DNA from: a bacterium
GTDB taxonomy: Bacteria; SZUA-79; Acidulodesulfobacterales; Acidulodesulfobacteraceae
NCBI GenBank assembly: GCA_021794475.1
Contig: JAJYQS010000101.1
Location: 12,408 to 76,407 of the forward strand
DNA: 64,000 bases
Direction of reading: 5' to 3'
Both the position numbers and the translations under genes were made by a program. Each line of letters begins with the position of its first letter. The stretch's first letter is position 1. Positions 37,857 through 47,238 of the stretch are shown here, one piece after another. The notes under the pieces are model-generated. The model was not told the origin of the DNA. It saw only the letters and a program-made list of their open reading frames with translations, and made no database searches.

Positions 37857-40800
37857 TTAGAATTCCTTATAGGGATTAGAACCTAAAGATTTTATTTTGT
37901 CTGCAAACTCATTTAATATATCAGGTAATTTCTTGTAATCGGAGAATTCCAGCTGAACCTGTTTTATTCTTTCAGATTCCAACACTAATCTTGTCAAAGT
38001 TTCTTTAAGATTTTCCATTCTATAAGATGCCAATTCTGAACCTTTGATGAAATGGCATTGATAATCATCTCCAAATTTACAGCCCAAAAGAAGTATTCCG
38101 TCTATTCCTCTTGAAAGAGCGTCGGCATACCATACATTATTTATAGAGCCGAGGCATCTTACCGGAATAACTCTGATATTCGACGGAAGCTGTATCTTAT
38201 TCATTCCTGCAATATCAAGAGCGGGATATGCATCATTTTCACAGGCGAAGACTAATATCCTGAAATCATCTATTTTTTCAGCCTCGCCCGGAACGTTTAT
38301 GCTTTTCAGCATTGAACCTATTATATCTACCGAATAATTCTTAAACGAAATAATCTTAACCGGACACGCTCCCATGCAAACCCCGCATCTTCTGCATCTT
38401 TCCGGATTTGGTTTAGGCGTGCCTTTTTCATCTTCGTCGATAGCTCCGAAAGGACATTCCTCTGTGCATCTTTTGCATTGCGTACATCTTTGCAAGTCAA
38501 AAAACGGATAAGTAGTATCATTTGACCTTGGATGTACTGCTCTGCCCTTAGAAGTCTGCTCAATGCACTGTATTGCTTTAAGAACCGCTCCTTTTGCATC
38601 GTCAACTGAAAAAACCGTATCCATCGGTGCTCTGACGGAACCGGCCGGATATATACCTGTTCTTCTCGATTCATAGGGAAAACAAATAAAATTAGAATCA
38701 GGGAAGCCGTATATAAGGTCGGGCATTTCCTTGCCCTGTCTGTATGTTAAATTAAGAAGACCGCCTTTACTGTTAGTTTTAGAGGTAGACACTGAACCGG
38801 ACTGCATGGTCGTACAGCATGAAACCGTTGTAGCAGTAGCAGACGCAATAGAACTCTTTGATGATGCGGCAGGCGGCTGCACGGAAGTTCCGGTACTTTC
38901 CGGAGCAGTTTTAGGCGCAGCACCGCCTATTGCATTTATTTTTATAGCTGCAGCGGTACTTAAGGCGGCATTTGTACTGACATTGCTCTTTCCGCTGCCA
39001 TTGCCTATGCTGATACTTGAAATTTTTGACGTGCCTGAAATATTGTCTTTGTTATTTAAATCTTTATCTTCATCTTTATCATTATTGCTGCTATTATTAC
39101 TGTTATTAATATTAATGCTGAAACTGCTTCTGATAACGGCGGGATTAGAACCGCCTGTTTTATTATGAATTGCATTATCATTAGTTTCATTGCTGCTGCC
39201 TGCAGCTGGATTAATATTTATACTGCTTCGTTGAATATTTATACTGCTTTTAGTTGTTGTACTGCTGCCGTCAGCATTTTTATCAGCTGCCACAGCGCCA
39301 TCAGGCGCCTTACTTACGGGATTAATATTTATACTGCTTCGTTGAATATTTATACTGCTTTTAGTTGTTGTCGAATCGCTGCTGCTGTTAGCATTATTGC
39401 CTGCATTACTGCTGTTATTAACGACATTATTGCTGCTGCCTGCAGCAGGATTAATGTTTATACTGCTTCGTTGAATATTTATACTGCTTTTAGTTGTTGA
39501 TGCGTTTATATTTTTGTTTGCATTTATATCTATATTAGTATTAGTATTTACATTTGTGTCTGCATTGCTTGGATTTGTATTTTTATTTTCCGCGGAAACG
39601 GCGTTCATACCCGGAATGCTAATTTTTGATGTTTTTACAGATATAGACGAAGTTTTCTGATTTGCTCCGCCGGTAGAGATTTTATTATCGCCATTGTTAT
39701 TATCATTATTAATATCACTACTGTTATTGCCGTTAGCGGACGAAACCGCAGCAGTACTACTTTTAGCGTTGATTTGAATTTTATTATTAATTTGAATTTG
39801 GCTCTGGTTCTTGCCGCTATTTTGGCTCTGAACGCCGGCTTCATTTTGATTGGTGCATTGTTTGCATTGTTCTTGTTCTTGCATCTGTATACTTGCAGAA
39901 TCAACATCTGCAGAGATTACTTCGTCGTTTGCCGTAAAATTGCCTGAATTTGGAACCATGCCTGAAGCAAGTATGACCATATCCACATCTAACTCAAGAC
40001 TGCCTCCAAAAAGTGTATCGTTAACTTTTAACTTTATAGTATTATTTTTTCCGTCGTATGAGACATCGGACATGATTCCTTTAACCATAAATATTCCGTC
40101 GTCATTCTGCATACTTTTATAATAATTTTCATATTCACCAGGTGTTCTTATATCGCGGTATATTATATATACTTTGGCATCCGGATTATTCTTTCTGAAT
40201 AAATTAGCTTCTTTCAAGGAAGTCATGCAGCAGACAGTAGAACAGTAAGGCAGATAATTTTCGTCTCTTGAACCGGCACATAAAATAAACGCAACAGATT
40301 TAACATCTTTGCCGTCGGATTTTCTTTTAACGGCAAAATCTTCATCGCCGCTTTTTAAATACAGTTCGGAATAAAGTTCTTCAAGTTCGACATTCGTCAG
40401 AATATCAGGGGTCAAACCGTATCCTAAATATGACAGATTATGCGCATCATACGGTTTCCAGCCGGTTGCTACAATGATTGCGCCTGCTTTTTCAATAACG
40501 GTTTCTTCATTTATATTTTTACTATTTTTATCATTTTTAGATATATCAGATTTATCTTTTATATCTTTATCGGAATCAAAATCGGAACCGGAACCCAAAC
40601 GGAAATTCGTACTTGTCTTTACTTTTATTTTTACTTCAAATTTTCCCGGAGCGCCTGATATTTCACTAATTTCCGAATTTTTATATATTTTAATTTTTTT
40701 AGAACTTTCAACATTATCAATAAGTTTGCCAAGGTCATTTTTAATAAGCAGATTATTTTCGAAAGGCGGGCTTGTCTCCCATTTTTTATACTTTAAATAA

Positions 40801-41324
40801 GGAAATCCGCCTAGATGCTCTTTTTTCTCTATTAATATTACATCGTATCCCGCTTTTGCAGAATTCAGAGCGGCAGTTAAACCAGTAACGCCTCCGCCTA
40901 CAACTAAAATAGTCTTATTTAATTCTGCCGCCAGAGGAACAGTAATTTCAGCTTTTTTTGCTCTTGCGATCCCCATTCTTAAATAATCTTCGGCAAGCAT
41001 CTGAGCACCTTTGCTGTTTGGTTCGCTCACCCATATCACATGCTCCCTTAAATTAACCCTTTCCGTAAATATTTTTGACAAGTCAAAGCTAAATACATCC
41101 TGTTTTGACCTCATTGAGCACGCTGCTATAACTATTTTATTTACACCGGAAGATTTAATATCTTCATTGATAATATTTAAACCTTCTTTAGAGCAAAGAA
41201 AATCATTCGCTCTGCAAATTTCCGGTTTATATTCGTTTTTTGCAATATTTTCAAGTTTTTCTATATTCAGGTATTTACCTATATCGCACCCGGAACATAT
41301 ATAAACTCCAAGCTTATTATCCAT
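37857..41324 (-). CDS. qmoB: QmoB (HdrA-like flavoprotein + ferredoxin + MvhD-like domain) carrying a ~390-codon low-complexity insertion
   Basis: N-terminal part has VVGGGVTGLTAAL. C-terminal part has CTQCKRCTEECP and CRRCGVCMGACP, plus an MvhD-like ILVFACENDAYPALD...GCKFGDDYQCHF. One open frame of 1155 codons. Confidence 0.85.
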   Translation of the reverse strand: MDNKLGVYICSGCDIGKYLNIEKLENIAKNEYKPEICRANDFLCSKEGLNIINEDIKSSGVNKIVIAACSMRSKQDVFSFDLSKIFTERVNLREHVIWVSEPNSKGAQMLAEDYLRMGIARAKKAEITVPLAAELNKTILVVGGGVTGLTAALNSAKAGYDVILIEKKEHLGGFPYLKYKKWETSPPFENNLLIKNDLGKLIDNVESSKKIKIYKNSEISEISGAPGKFEVKIKVKTSTNFRLGSGSDFDSDKDIKDKSDISKNDKNSKNINEETVIEKAGAIIVATGWKPYDAHNLSYLGYGLTPDILTNVELEELYSELYLKSGDEDFAVKRKSDGKDVKSVAFILCAGSRDENYLPYCSTVCCMTSLKEANLFRKNNPDAKVYIIYRDIRTPGEYENYYKSMQNDDGIFMVKGIMSDVSYDGKNNTIKLKVNDTLFGGSLELDVDMVILASGMVPNSGNFTANDEVISADVDSASIQMQEQEQCKQCTNQNEAGVQSQNSGKNQSQIQINNKIQINAKSSTAAVSSANGNNSSDINNDNNNGDNKISTGGANQKTSSISVKTSKISIPGMNAVSAENKNTNPSNADTNVNTNTNIDINANKNINASTTKSSINIQRSSININPAAGSSNNVVNNSSNAGNNANSSSDSTTTKSSINIQRSSININPVSKAPDGAVAADKNADGSSTTTKSSINIQRSSININPAAGSSNETNDNAIHNKTGGSNPAVIRSSFSININNSNNSSNNDKDEDKDLNNKDNISGTSKISSISIGNGSGKSNVSTNAALSTAAAIKINAIGGAAPKTAPESTGTSVQPPAASSKSSIASATATTVSCCTTMQSGSVSTSKTNSKGGLLNLTYRQGKEMPDLIYGFPDSNFICFPYESRRTGIYPAGSVRAPMDTVFSVDDAKGAVLKAIQCIEQTSKGRAVHPRSNDTTYPFFDLQRCTQCKRCTEECPFGAIDEDEKGTPKPNPERCRRCGVCMGACPVKIISFKNYSVDIIGSMLKSINVPGEAEKIDDFRILVFACENDAYPALDIAGMNKIQLPSNIRVIPVRCLGSINNVWYADALSRGIDGILLLGCKFGDDYQCHFIKGSELASYRMENLKETLTRLVLESERIKQVQLEFSDYKKLPDILNEFADKIKSLGSNPYKEF
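38769..39945 (-). other. in-frame low-complexity insertion within qmoB (Asn/Ser/Ala/Thr/Gly-rich)
   Basis: Lies between ...DMVILASGMVPNSG and LLNLTYRQGKEMPDL..., with no resemblance to HdrA/QmoB core sequence. Confidence 0.8.
39208..39499 (-). repeat. three ~52-nt direct repeats encoding TTKSSINIQRSSININP
   Basis: Copies at about 39208-39259, 39318-39370 and 39448-39499 (plus strand ...GGATTAATATTTATACTGCTTCGTTGAATATTTATACTGCTTTTAGTTGTTG). Confidence 0.9.
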
Positions 41325-41331
41325 GTTTTAT

Positions 41332-42732
41332 TTAACCTCTTTTATTAGCGGAAAACTGTAAAACGGAAAGAGCGGCTCCGGTTGAAGCCTGAACTGAACT
41401 GTAAACATCGGCTGGATTTTTTGCAACGCCTGCTGAAAAAATTCCCGAATTTTCATTCTGGTTAAATAGAAAACCATTTGCATCATAGCCGAACTTAACA
41501 TTGCCTGTTTTTATAGATGGTCTGTTTGGGACCATACCTGCTGCAAGAACTACCATATCGGCTCTAAATTTTATTTTTTTGCCTGAAAGTATATCTTCCG
41601 CTTCAAGAAAAAGGTCTCCAGAAATCTCGTCTTCGAAGATATTTGCTACAATCCCTTTAATAAACTTAGTTTTTTCGTCAGATGACGCCCTATTGTAAAA
41701 CTTTTCATATCTTCCGGGCGTTCTTATATCAATATAAAAAATCGTAGAGCTGGATTCCGGATTTTTTTCCCTGAGATAAATCGACTGCTTCAAGGAGGCT
41801 AAACAGCATATTGCCGAGCAATACGGAAGGTGATTTTCATTCCTCGAACCTGCGCATTGCACGAATGCAACATTCTTAGCTTCTTTGCCGTCAGACGGTC
41901 TAAGAATTTTTCCGCCTGTAGGACCGTTATCCGCCGCAAGTCTTTCCATCATAACATTCGTAATTACATTTTTATATTTACCGAAACCGAGATTTGTAAT
42001 TTTCCCTGCGTCGTAAGGTTTCCAGCCGGAAGCTACGACGATAGATTCTGCTTCTATGTCAAATATTTCTTCTTTTGCGTTAAGATTTATCGCATTATAT
42101 CCGCAGGCACTTTCGCATTTTTTACATGAGTCAAATTTGCAAACTTCTGCATCAACATTATATTTTGACGGATAAGCAGATATATTTGTTATATAAATAG
42201 CTTTCTGCGTATCCATGCTATAATTAAAATCATTTAATCTATTTTCAGGACACACCTTCGCGCATTCGCCGCAAATAGTGCAGTTATCGTTAATATACTG
42301 CGGTTTCTGCCTTATTTTAACTTTATAGCCGTTAACACAACCGCTGCCATTACCATAATTATTACTATTAACGTTAACATCAACGGCGGCGCTGCTGACA
42401 GTATTTCCTGCCGAGACAGCGCTATTTCCTATTTCCCGTCCGCCTGAGTTTTTCTGAATTTCAGTAATTTCTTCTATTTCTGATGAAACATAAAATTTTA
42501 TCCTGCCTTCATCGGCTGACTTAATTCTTCTCAAATTAATTTCGAAACCGCAAAACGACGGACACAGTTTTGGAAAATATTTGTACATCTGCAAAACTCT
42601 GCCTCCGATGTACGGATTTTTTTCCACGACAATAACCGATTTTGACGATGCCTCGGTTATTTCAAGAGCCGCAGATATGCCGCTGAATCCTCCGCCGATA
42701 ATAAGAACAGGTCTTTCGTTCAATTTGCTCAC
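41332..42732 (-). CDS. qmoA: QmoA (HdrA-like FAD flavoprotein)
   Basis: IIGGGFSGISAAL dinucleotide motif and ferredoxin-like CTICGECAKVCP. GTG start. Sits between aprA and qmoB. Confidence 0.85.
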   Translation of the reverse strand: MSKLNERPVLIIGGGFSGISAALEITEASSKSVIVVEKNPYIGGRVLQMYKYFPKLCPSFCGFEINLRRIKSADEGRIKFYVSSEIEEITEIQKNSGGREIGNSAVSAGNTVSSAAVDVNVNSNNYGNGSGCVNGYKVKIRQKPQYINDNCTICGECAKVCPENRLNDFNYSMDTQKAIYITNISAYPSKYNVDAEVCKFDSCKKCESACGYNAINLNAKEEIFDIEAESIVVASGWKPYDAGKITNLGFGKYKNVITNVMMERLAADNGPTGGKILRPSDGKEAKNVAFVQCAGSRNENHLPYCSAICCLASLKQSIYLREKNPESSSTIFYIDIRTPGRYEKFYNRASSDEKTKFIKGIVANIFEDEISGDLFLEAEDILSGKKIKFRADMVVLAAGMVPNRPSIKTGNVKFGYDANGFLFNQNENSGIFSAGVAKNPADVYSSVQASTGAALSVLQFSANKRG

Positions 42733-42742
42733 CGATTGTCAA

Positions 42743-42792
42743 GCATGATACAGATTAACATATTATAAATATCATGCCAAAAGGTATCATGC
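42743..42792 (-). other. intercistronic stem-loop between aprA and qmoA (9-bp perfect stem GCATGATAC/GTATCATGC, 32-nt loop)
   Basis: Arms at 42743-42751 and 42784-42792, read directly. Confidence 0.4.
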
Positions 42793-42821
42793 GGATTAAA
42801 CTAAATATTTAGTTAAATAAA

Positions 42822-44747
42822 TTAATTTTTAGGAACTATTTCTACCCACGGTTTTTTAAATACTTCAATCTCACCGGTTGATTTATTAATCTTTGAATTT
42901 ACAAAAACCTTCCAGTTCACTTCGTCTAATTTCTGATGGTCCATTCTGTAATAGAAACCTGGGTATCTTGTTTCTTCCCTGAATAAAATATGCCTTAAAT
43001 GAAGTTCGCCTACAACCGACCTGTGATAGTTTTCCCATGCGCGCATAAGCTCGTGAAGATTACCTGCTGCCAATTTTTTAGAATCTTCTTTAAGTTTATT
43101 TAAAAGTTCCAAGCCTCTTTCTAGCGACTTTCCGTTTGTTCTGTAGAAATTTGACGTTCCTGCAACATATTCGTCCATAATTTTATTAAGTCTATAAAGA
43201 TATAATCTCGGACTTATATAATTCGGATTAACGCTCGGGTCTGTAGAATAATTTTTAAATGTTTCAAACTGAATCATAGGTCTGTATATTTCTTCCGCAA
43301 GAGCCTGTCCGTCAGCATAAACTGTGGGTTTAAATCCCGGGTCGTCTAATATGAATTTTACCGCCGATTTTCCGGCTAACCGCCCTTCAGTAAATGAACC
43401 TGAAGAAAATTTATGTCCTGAAGCACCGACACCGTCTCCTGCCGTAAATAGACCGCTTACGGTTGTCATTCTATTATAACCCCAGTGCCATTCCTGGGGC
43501 GATATATCTTTAGGACCGCTTACCCACATACCGCAAGCACCTGCATGAGACCCCAAAAGGTAAGGCTCTGTAGGCATAACCTCCGAGTTTGTATCCTTCG
43601 GGTCTATATCCATAGCCGCCCATAGACCTGCTTGAGCAATAGTCATATCAAGAAAATCTTCCCATGCGTCGCTTTCCAATGACTTTTGTCTTTTTTCAGG
43701 CAATGTTTCATATAATTTTTTTATAGCACCGCTTGTATCCATAAAAAACGGACCGTTGCCTTCATGCCAGTCTTTTAACATAACGTGATTCCACAAACAT
43801 GTGGCAGGAACCTGAGATAACCCGTATGGAGCATAGTCTTTCAGCATTTCTCCCCATTTCTGCATATAATCATCGCCGTATGCGTTTTTAACTCTGGATT
43901 TAAAGAGTGTAAACCATGCGCCGACCGGACCGTAACCGTCTTTAAATCTGTTTGGCACAAATCTGTTTTCCATAGTCGTCATTTCAGCGCCTGCTTCAAA
44001 ACCCATAGCATAAGTAGAACCTGCATTCCATAATGCATACCATGTTCTTCCCATGCCTTCCGCCTGCGAACGGGGTCTGAACACGTTGACTGCTCCGCCG
44101 CATGCCATCATTACGGCTTTTGCCTTATAGATATATATCTTTGCTTCTCTTAAGCTAAAACCTATGGCTCCTGCAACCCTGTTCGGATTATTCTCATCCA
44201 TCAGAAGTCTTATAATAAATACTCTTTCATAAATATTTTCATCGCCAAGAGCTTTTCTTGCAGCCTCTGCGACTAAAACTTTAAATGATTCGCCGTGAAT
44301 CATTATCTGCCATTTTCCGGCTCTCAATGGTTTAGCGCCTTCAGCCAGCGTCCTTTTATCTTCTTCATCTTCTTTCATAATAGGAAGCCCTAATTTTTCA
44401 AAAAGATGCACTGAACTGTCAACATGTCTGCCTACATCATATATAAGGTCTTCCCTTGTTATGCCCATAAGGTCGTTTGAGACCATTTTAACGTAATCTT
44501 CGGGCTGATTATCGCCGAGATAAGTATTTATTGCCGATAAACCTTGAGCTACTGCTCCGCTTCTGTCGATAGCCGCTTTTTCGACCATAGTTATTTTCAT
44601 ATCTTTAGGAGCCCACTTTTTAATCTCAAAAGCGGCGCCGCATCCTGCCATACCCCCGCCGACAATGAGCAGGTCGGTATTTACTTCTTCAATGGTAAAA
44701 TTGCTCAATACCTCAGAGCTCGTCAAAGAACCTTTCTGTTCTGCCAT
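42822..44747 (-). CDS. aprA: adenylylsulfate (APS) reductase alpha subunit
   Basis: 641 aa FAD flavoprotein (LIVGGGMAGCGAAFE) of fumarate-reductase-family architecture. Follows aprB. Confidence 0.93.
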   Translation of the reverse strand: MAEQKGSLTSSEVLSNFTIEEVNTDLLIVGGGMAGCGAAFEIKKWAPKDMKITMVEKAAIDRSGAVAQGLSAINTYLGDNQPEDYVKMVSNDLMGITREDLIYDVGRHVDSSVHLFEKLGLPIMKEDEEDKRTLAEGAKPLRAGKWQIMIHGESFKVLVAEAARKALGDENIYERVFIIRLLMDENNPNRVAGAIGFSLREAKIYIYKAKAVMMACGGAVNVFRPRSQAEGMGRTWYALWNAGSTYAMGFEAGAEMTTMENRFVPNRFKDGYGPVGAWFTLFKSRVKNAYGDDYMQKWGEMLKDYAPYGLSQVPATCLWNHVMLKDWHEGNGPFFMDTSGAIKKLYETLPEKRQKSLESDAWEDFLDMTIAQAGLWAAMDIDPKDTNSEVMPTEPYLLGSHAGACGMWVSGPKDISPQEWHWGYNRMTTVSGLFTAGDGVGASGHKFSSGSFTEGRLAGKSAVKFILDDPGFKPTVYADGQALAEEIYRPMIQFETFKNYSTDPSVNPNYISPRLYLYRLNKIMDEYVAGTSNFYRTNGKSLERGLELLNKLKEDSKKLAAGNLHELMRAWENYHRSVVGELHLRHILFREETRYPGFYYRMDHQKLDEVNWKVFVNSKINKSTGEIEVFKKPWVEIVPKN

Positions 44748-44856
44748 AGCAAATCCCCTTAATTTATATTTTAGGTATTTAGTATATGTTTAGTATAAAT
44801 TTAGTATAAGTTCAAGTTAATTTAAGTTAAGTTGCAGACTTCAGTCTATCAAGCAA

Positions 44857-45291
44857 TTATTTCTCAGGAACAGACAGCGTTATACCTGTTTCATCGCATA
44901 AAAGATCAGAATTTATATCTTTTATATCTGCGTCGGCTATCCCCTGATAAGGGTCAATCCCGCCTTCAGGTGTAGTCCTTATAGGAAATTTAAAGCGTTT
45001 TAAATTACCGTTGCGATATTTTATAGTCCACATAATAGAATCTGAACCTCTTAACGGGATAACAGATGAGCCCATTGGGGCAAAATCCTGATAAGCTCTG
45101 ATTTCAATTGCCGACTGAGGACAAATTTTTACACAATTGTAGCATTCCCAGCACTGTTCAGCTTCCTGATTGTAAGCTTTCATAATATCTTTATTGAGTA
45201 CCATAAGATCATTAGGACAGATATACTGACAGGCAGTTTTATCCCGTCCTTTGCAGCCGTCACATTTTTCCGCAATAACAAAACTTGGCAT
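44857..45291 (-). CDS. aprB: adenylylsulfate reductase beta subunit
   Basis: 144 aa with Cys clusters CDGCKG...CQYICP and CWECYNCVKICP, plus the AprB C-terminal tail. Confidence 0.93.
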   Translation of the reverse strand: MPSFVIAEKCDGCKGRDKTACQYICPNDLMVLNKDIMKAYNQEAEQCWECYNCVKICPQSAIEIRAYQDFAPMGSSVIPLRGSDSIMWTIKYRNGNLKRFKFPIRTTPEGGIDPYQGIADADIKDINSDLLCDETGITLSVPEK

Positions 45292-45360
45292 TTCGCAAAA
45301 CCTCCTTATAGAATTAGTTATTTAATTGCTCAATCATTTAATTATTAATTGCCTAATTAA

Positions 45361-46587
45361 TTAATTCAACTCGCCCTTTGCAGCTCTATGCAATTTTACT
45401 TCAACATTTTCATCTTTCGAGAGATTAGAATAATAATCCTTTAAAATTGCTAGAACTTCAGGTCTTGAAAAATGGTCGGGTATATCTTTCCCTTCCGACA
45501 AAAGTTTTCTGAGCATAGTTCCGCTAAGAATGAGCCTGTCTTCTTTCTGATGCGGACAGGTTTTGTTAGACGCCATTCCGTCACACTTGCGGCAGTAAAA
45601 GGTCCAATCTATTTTTAACGGTTTGAGTTCTAAAGCATTTTTAGGTATTTCGTCAAATATTTTATGGGCATCAAAAGGACCGTAATAATCACCTACACCA
45701 GCGTGGTCTCTGCCGACTATAAGCTGCGAACATCCGAAATTTTGTCTGAAAACGGCATGCAGCAATGCTTCTCTCGGTCCTGCATACCTCATTTCCATAG
45801 GATAGCCTGCCTGAATACAGGTATTAGCAACAAAATATTTGTCAATCAAAGTGTTAATAGCCTTAACTCTTACTTCTGCCGGAATATCTCCCGGCTTTAA
45901 TTTTCCTATCAATTGGTGTATCAAGACACCGTCAGATACTTCTATGGCAATTTTTGCCAGATATTCATGCGAGCGATGCATCGGATTGCGCAGTTGAAGC
46001 GCCGCCACCGTGCTCCACCCTTTTTCTTCAAATATTTTTCTTGTCTCGGCAGGTCTTTTATACACGTCTTTAAATTGCGCCGGATAAATGCCTTCGCTAA
46101 AAACTTTTACCTTTCCTGCAAGATTTATTTCTCCCTGAGCCATAACCTTTTGTACACCCGGATGTTCTAAATCGGTAGTTTTAAATATTTTTTGACATTC
46201 ATATGCTTTGTCTATAGAATATTTTTCTGACACGGTCATAGTGCCCATCAGTTCAGATGTTTCAGTATCTACTAAAGCAACTTCGTCGCCTATTTTTATA
46301 ACGTCTGATTTTTCTTTGGATGTTGAAAGAGTAATAGGAATCGGCCAAAACGTTCCATCCTGCATAGTAAAATCATCACAGACGCTCTTCCAATCTTTTT
46401 TGCCCATAAAACCTTCAAGCGGAGTGAAAGCGCCGATGCCCATCATTATAAGGTCTGACGTTTCACGCGAAGTTATTTCAATTTTATTCAGCTTTCCGGC
46501 TCTTTCTTTTGATTCTTTAAGCTCGCTGCCCGATAAAAGAAGCGGTTTTAAAATCTTTTCTTTTCCATGAGGATGAACTAATGCCAT
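45361..46587 (-). CDS. sat: sulfate adenylyltransferase (ATP sulfurylase)
   Basis: [13 protein letters not shown] (HxxH) and GRDHAGVG motifs, 408 aa. GGAGGA Shine-Dalgarno. Confidence 0.95.
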   Translation of the reverse strand: MALVHPHGKEKILKPLLLSGSELKESKERAGKLNKIEITSRETSDLIMMGIGAFTPLEGFMGKKDWKSVCDDFTMQDGTFWPIPITLSTSKEKSDVIKIGDEVALVDTETSELMGTMTVSEKYSIDKAYECQKIFKTTDLEHPGVQKVMAQGEINLAGKVKVFSEGIYPAQFKDVYKRPAETRKIFEEKGWSTVAALQLRNPMHRSHEYLAKIAIEVSDGVLIHQLIGKLKPGDIPAEVRVKAINTLIDKYFVANTCIQAGYPMEMRYAGPREALLHAVFRQNFGCSQLIVGRDHAGVGDYYGPFDAHKIFDEIPKNALELKPLKIDWTFYCRKCDGMASNKTCPHQKEDRLILSGTMLRKLLSEGKDIPDHFSRPEVLAILKDYYSNLSKDENVEVKLHRAAKGELN

Positions 46588-46643
46588 ACGCCTATTCCTC
46601 CGAGTAAAAATAAGTTCAGTTAGACTTTAGATTATACTTTTAG

Positions 46644-46720
46644 TTTATAGTTTATAGTTTATAGTTTATAGTTTATAGTTTATAGTTTATAGTTTATAGT
46701 TTATAGTTTATAGTTTATAG
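46644..46720. repeat. tandem heptamer array, 11 perfect copies of TTTATAG (minus strand CTATAAA), with degenerate copies at both ends
   Basis: Read directly. Lies 57-133 nt upstream of the sat start codon. Confidence 0.95.
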
Positions 46721-47238
46721 CATATAGCATAGATTGCGGTTTATATTTTTATAGAAGACTGATTTTAAAATAATTATATAATATATATTTTCTAAGCCTA
46801 AAAAGTCAATAGTTATCTTTAGTTGTTTTCGCGAAAAAAAGTAATACAAAAATATAATATTTCTTGCCATCTCATAAACGGTATGCATTTATACCTTGCA
46901 AAAGGAGACGGAAAGACTAAAGGCTGCTTTAAAACGTGCTCAACAATGTTAGTTTAAAATTGTCTTTGACAAAATATAATTCTTATGGAATAATTAAGTT
47001 TGCGAGTTAATTAACATATCAATATATTTATATATACTATATTTACCTGCGTTATATTTGTATATACATTTATACATAATAATAATATACTGATAATATA
47101 GTAAAATTTATTTATACTGCAATATTATAATTATATATATGTAATTTTATATGCTGCAAGTTATATACAATTTGTATCTATATTAAATATACTTATAAAA
47201 TAAAAAAATAAAAACTAACCATTAAGGAGCATCATTTC

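Noticed and set aside
38327-39907. Alternative-frame ORFs inside qmoB (38327-38674 -, 38731-39168 +, 39165-39500 +, 39635-39907 -)
   Set aside because: They arise because the repeat-rich insertion is depleted of stop codons in several frames. They interrupt a continuous QmoB frame whose N- and C-terminal domains are clearly homologous to HdrA/MvhD-type proteins.
46967-46995. Plus-strand TTGACA-17 nt-AATAAT as the ppa promoter
   Set aside because: It has a good -35 element but a weak -10, and it lies about 250 nt upstream of the ppa start. Such hexamers are common in AT-rich DNA. Possible, but not supportable without mapping.
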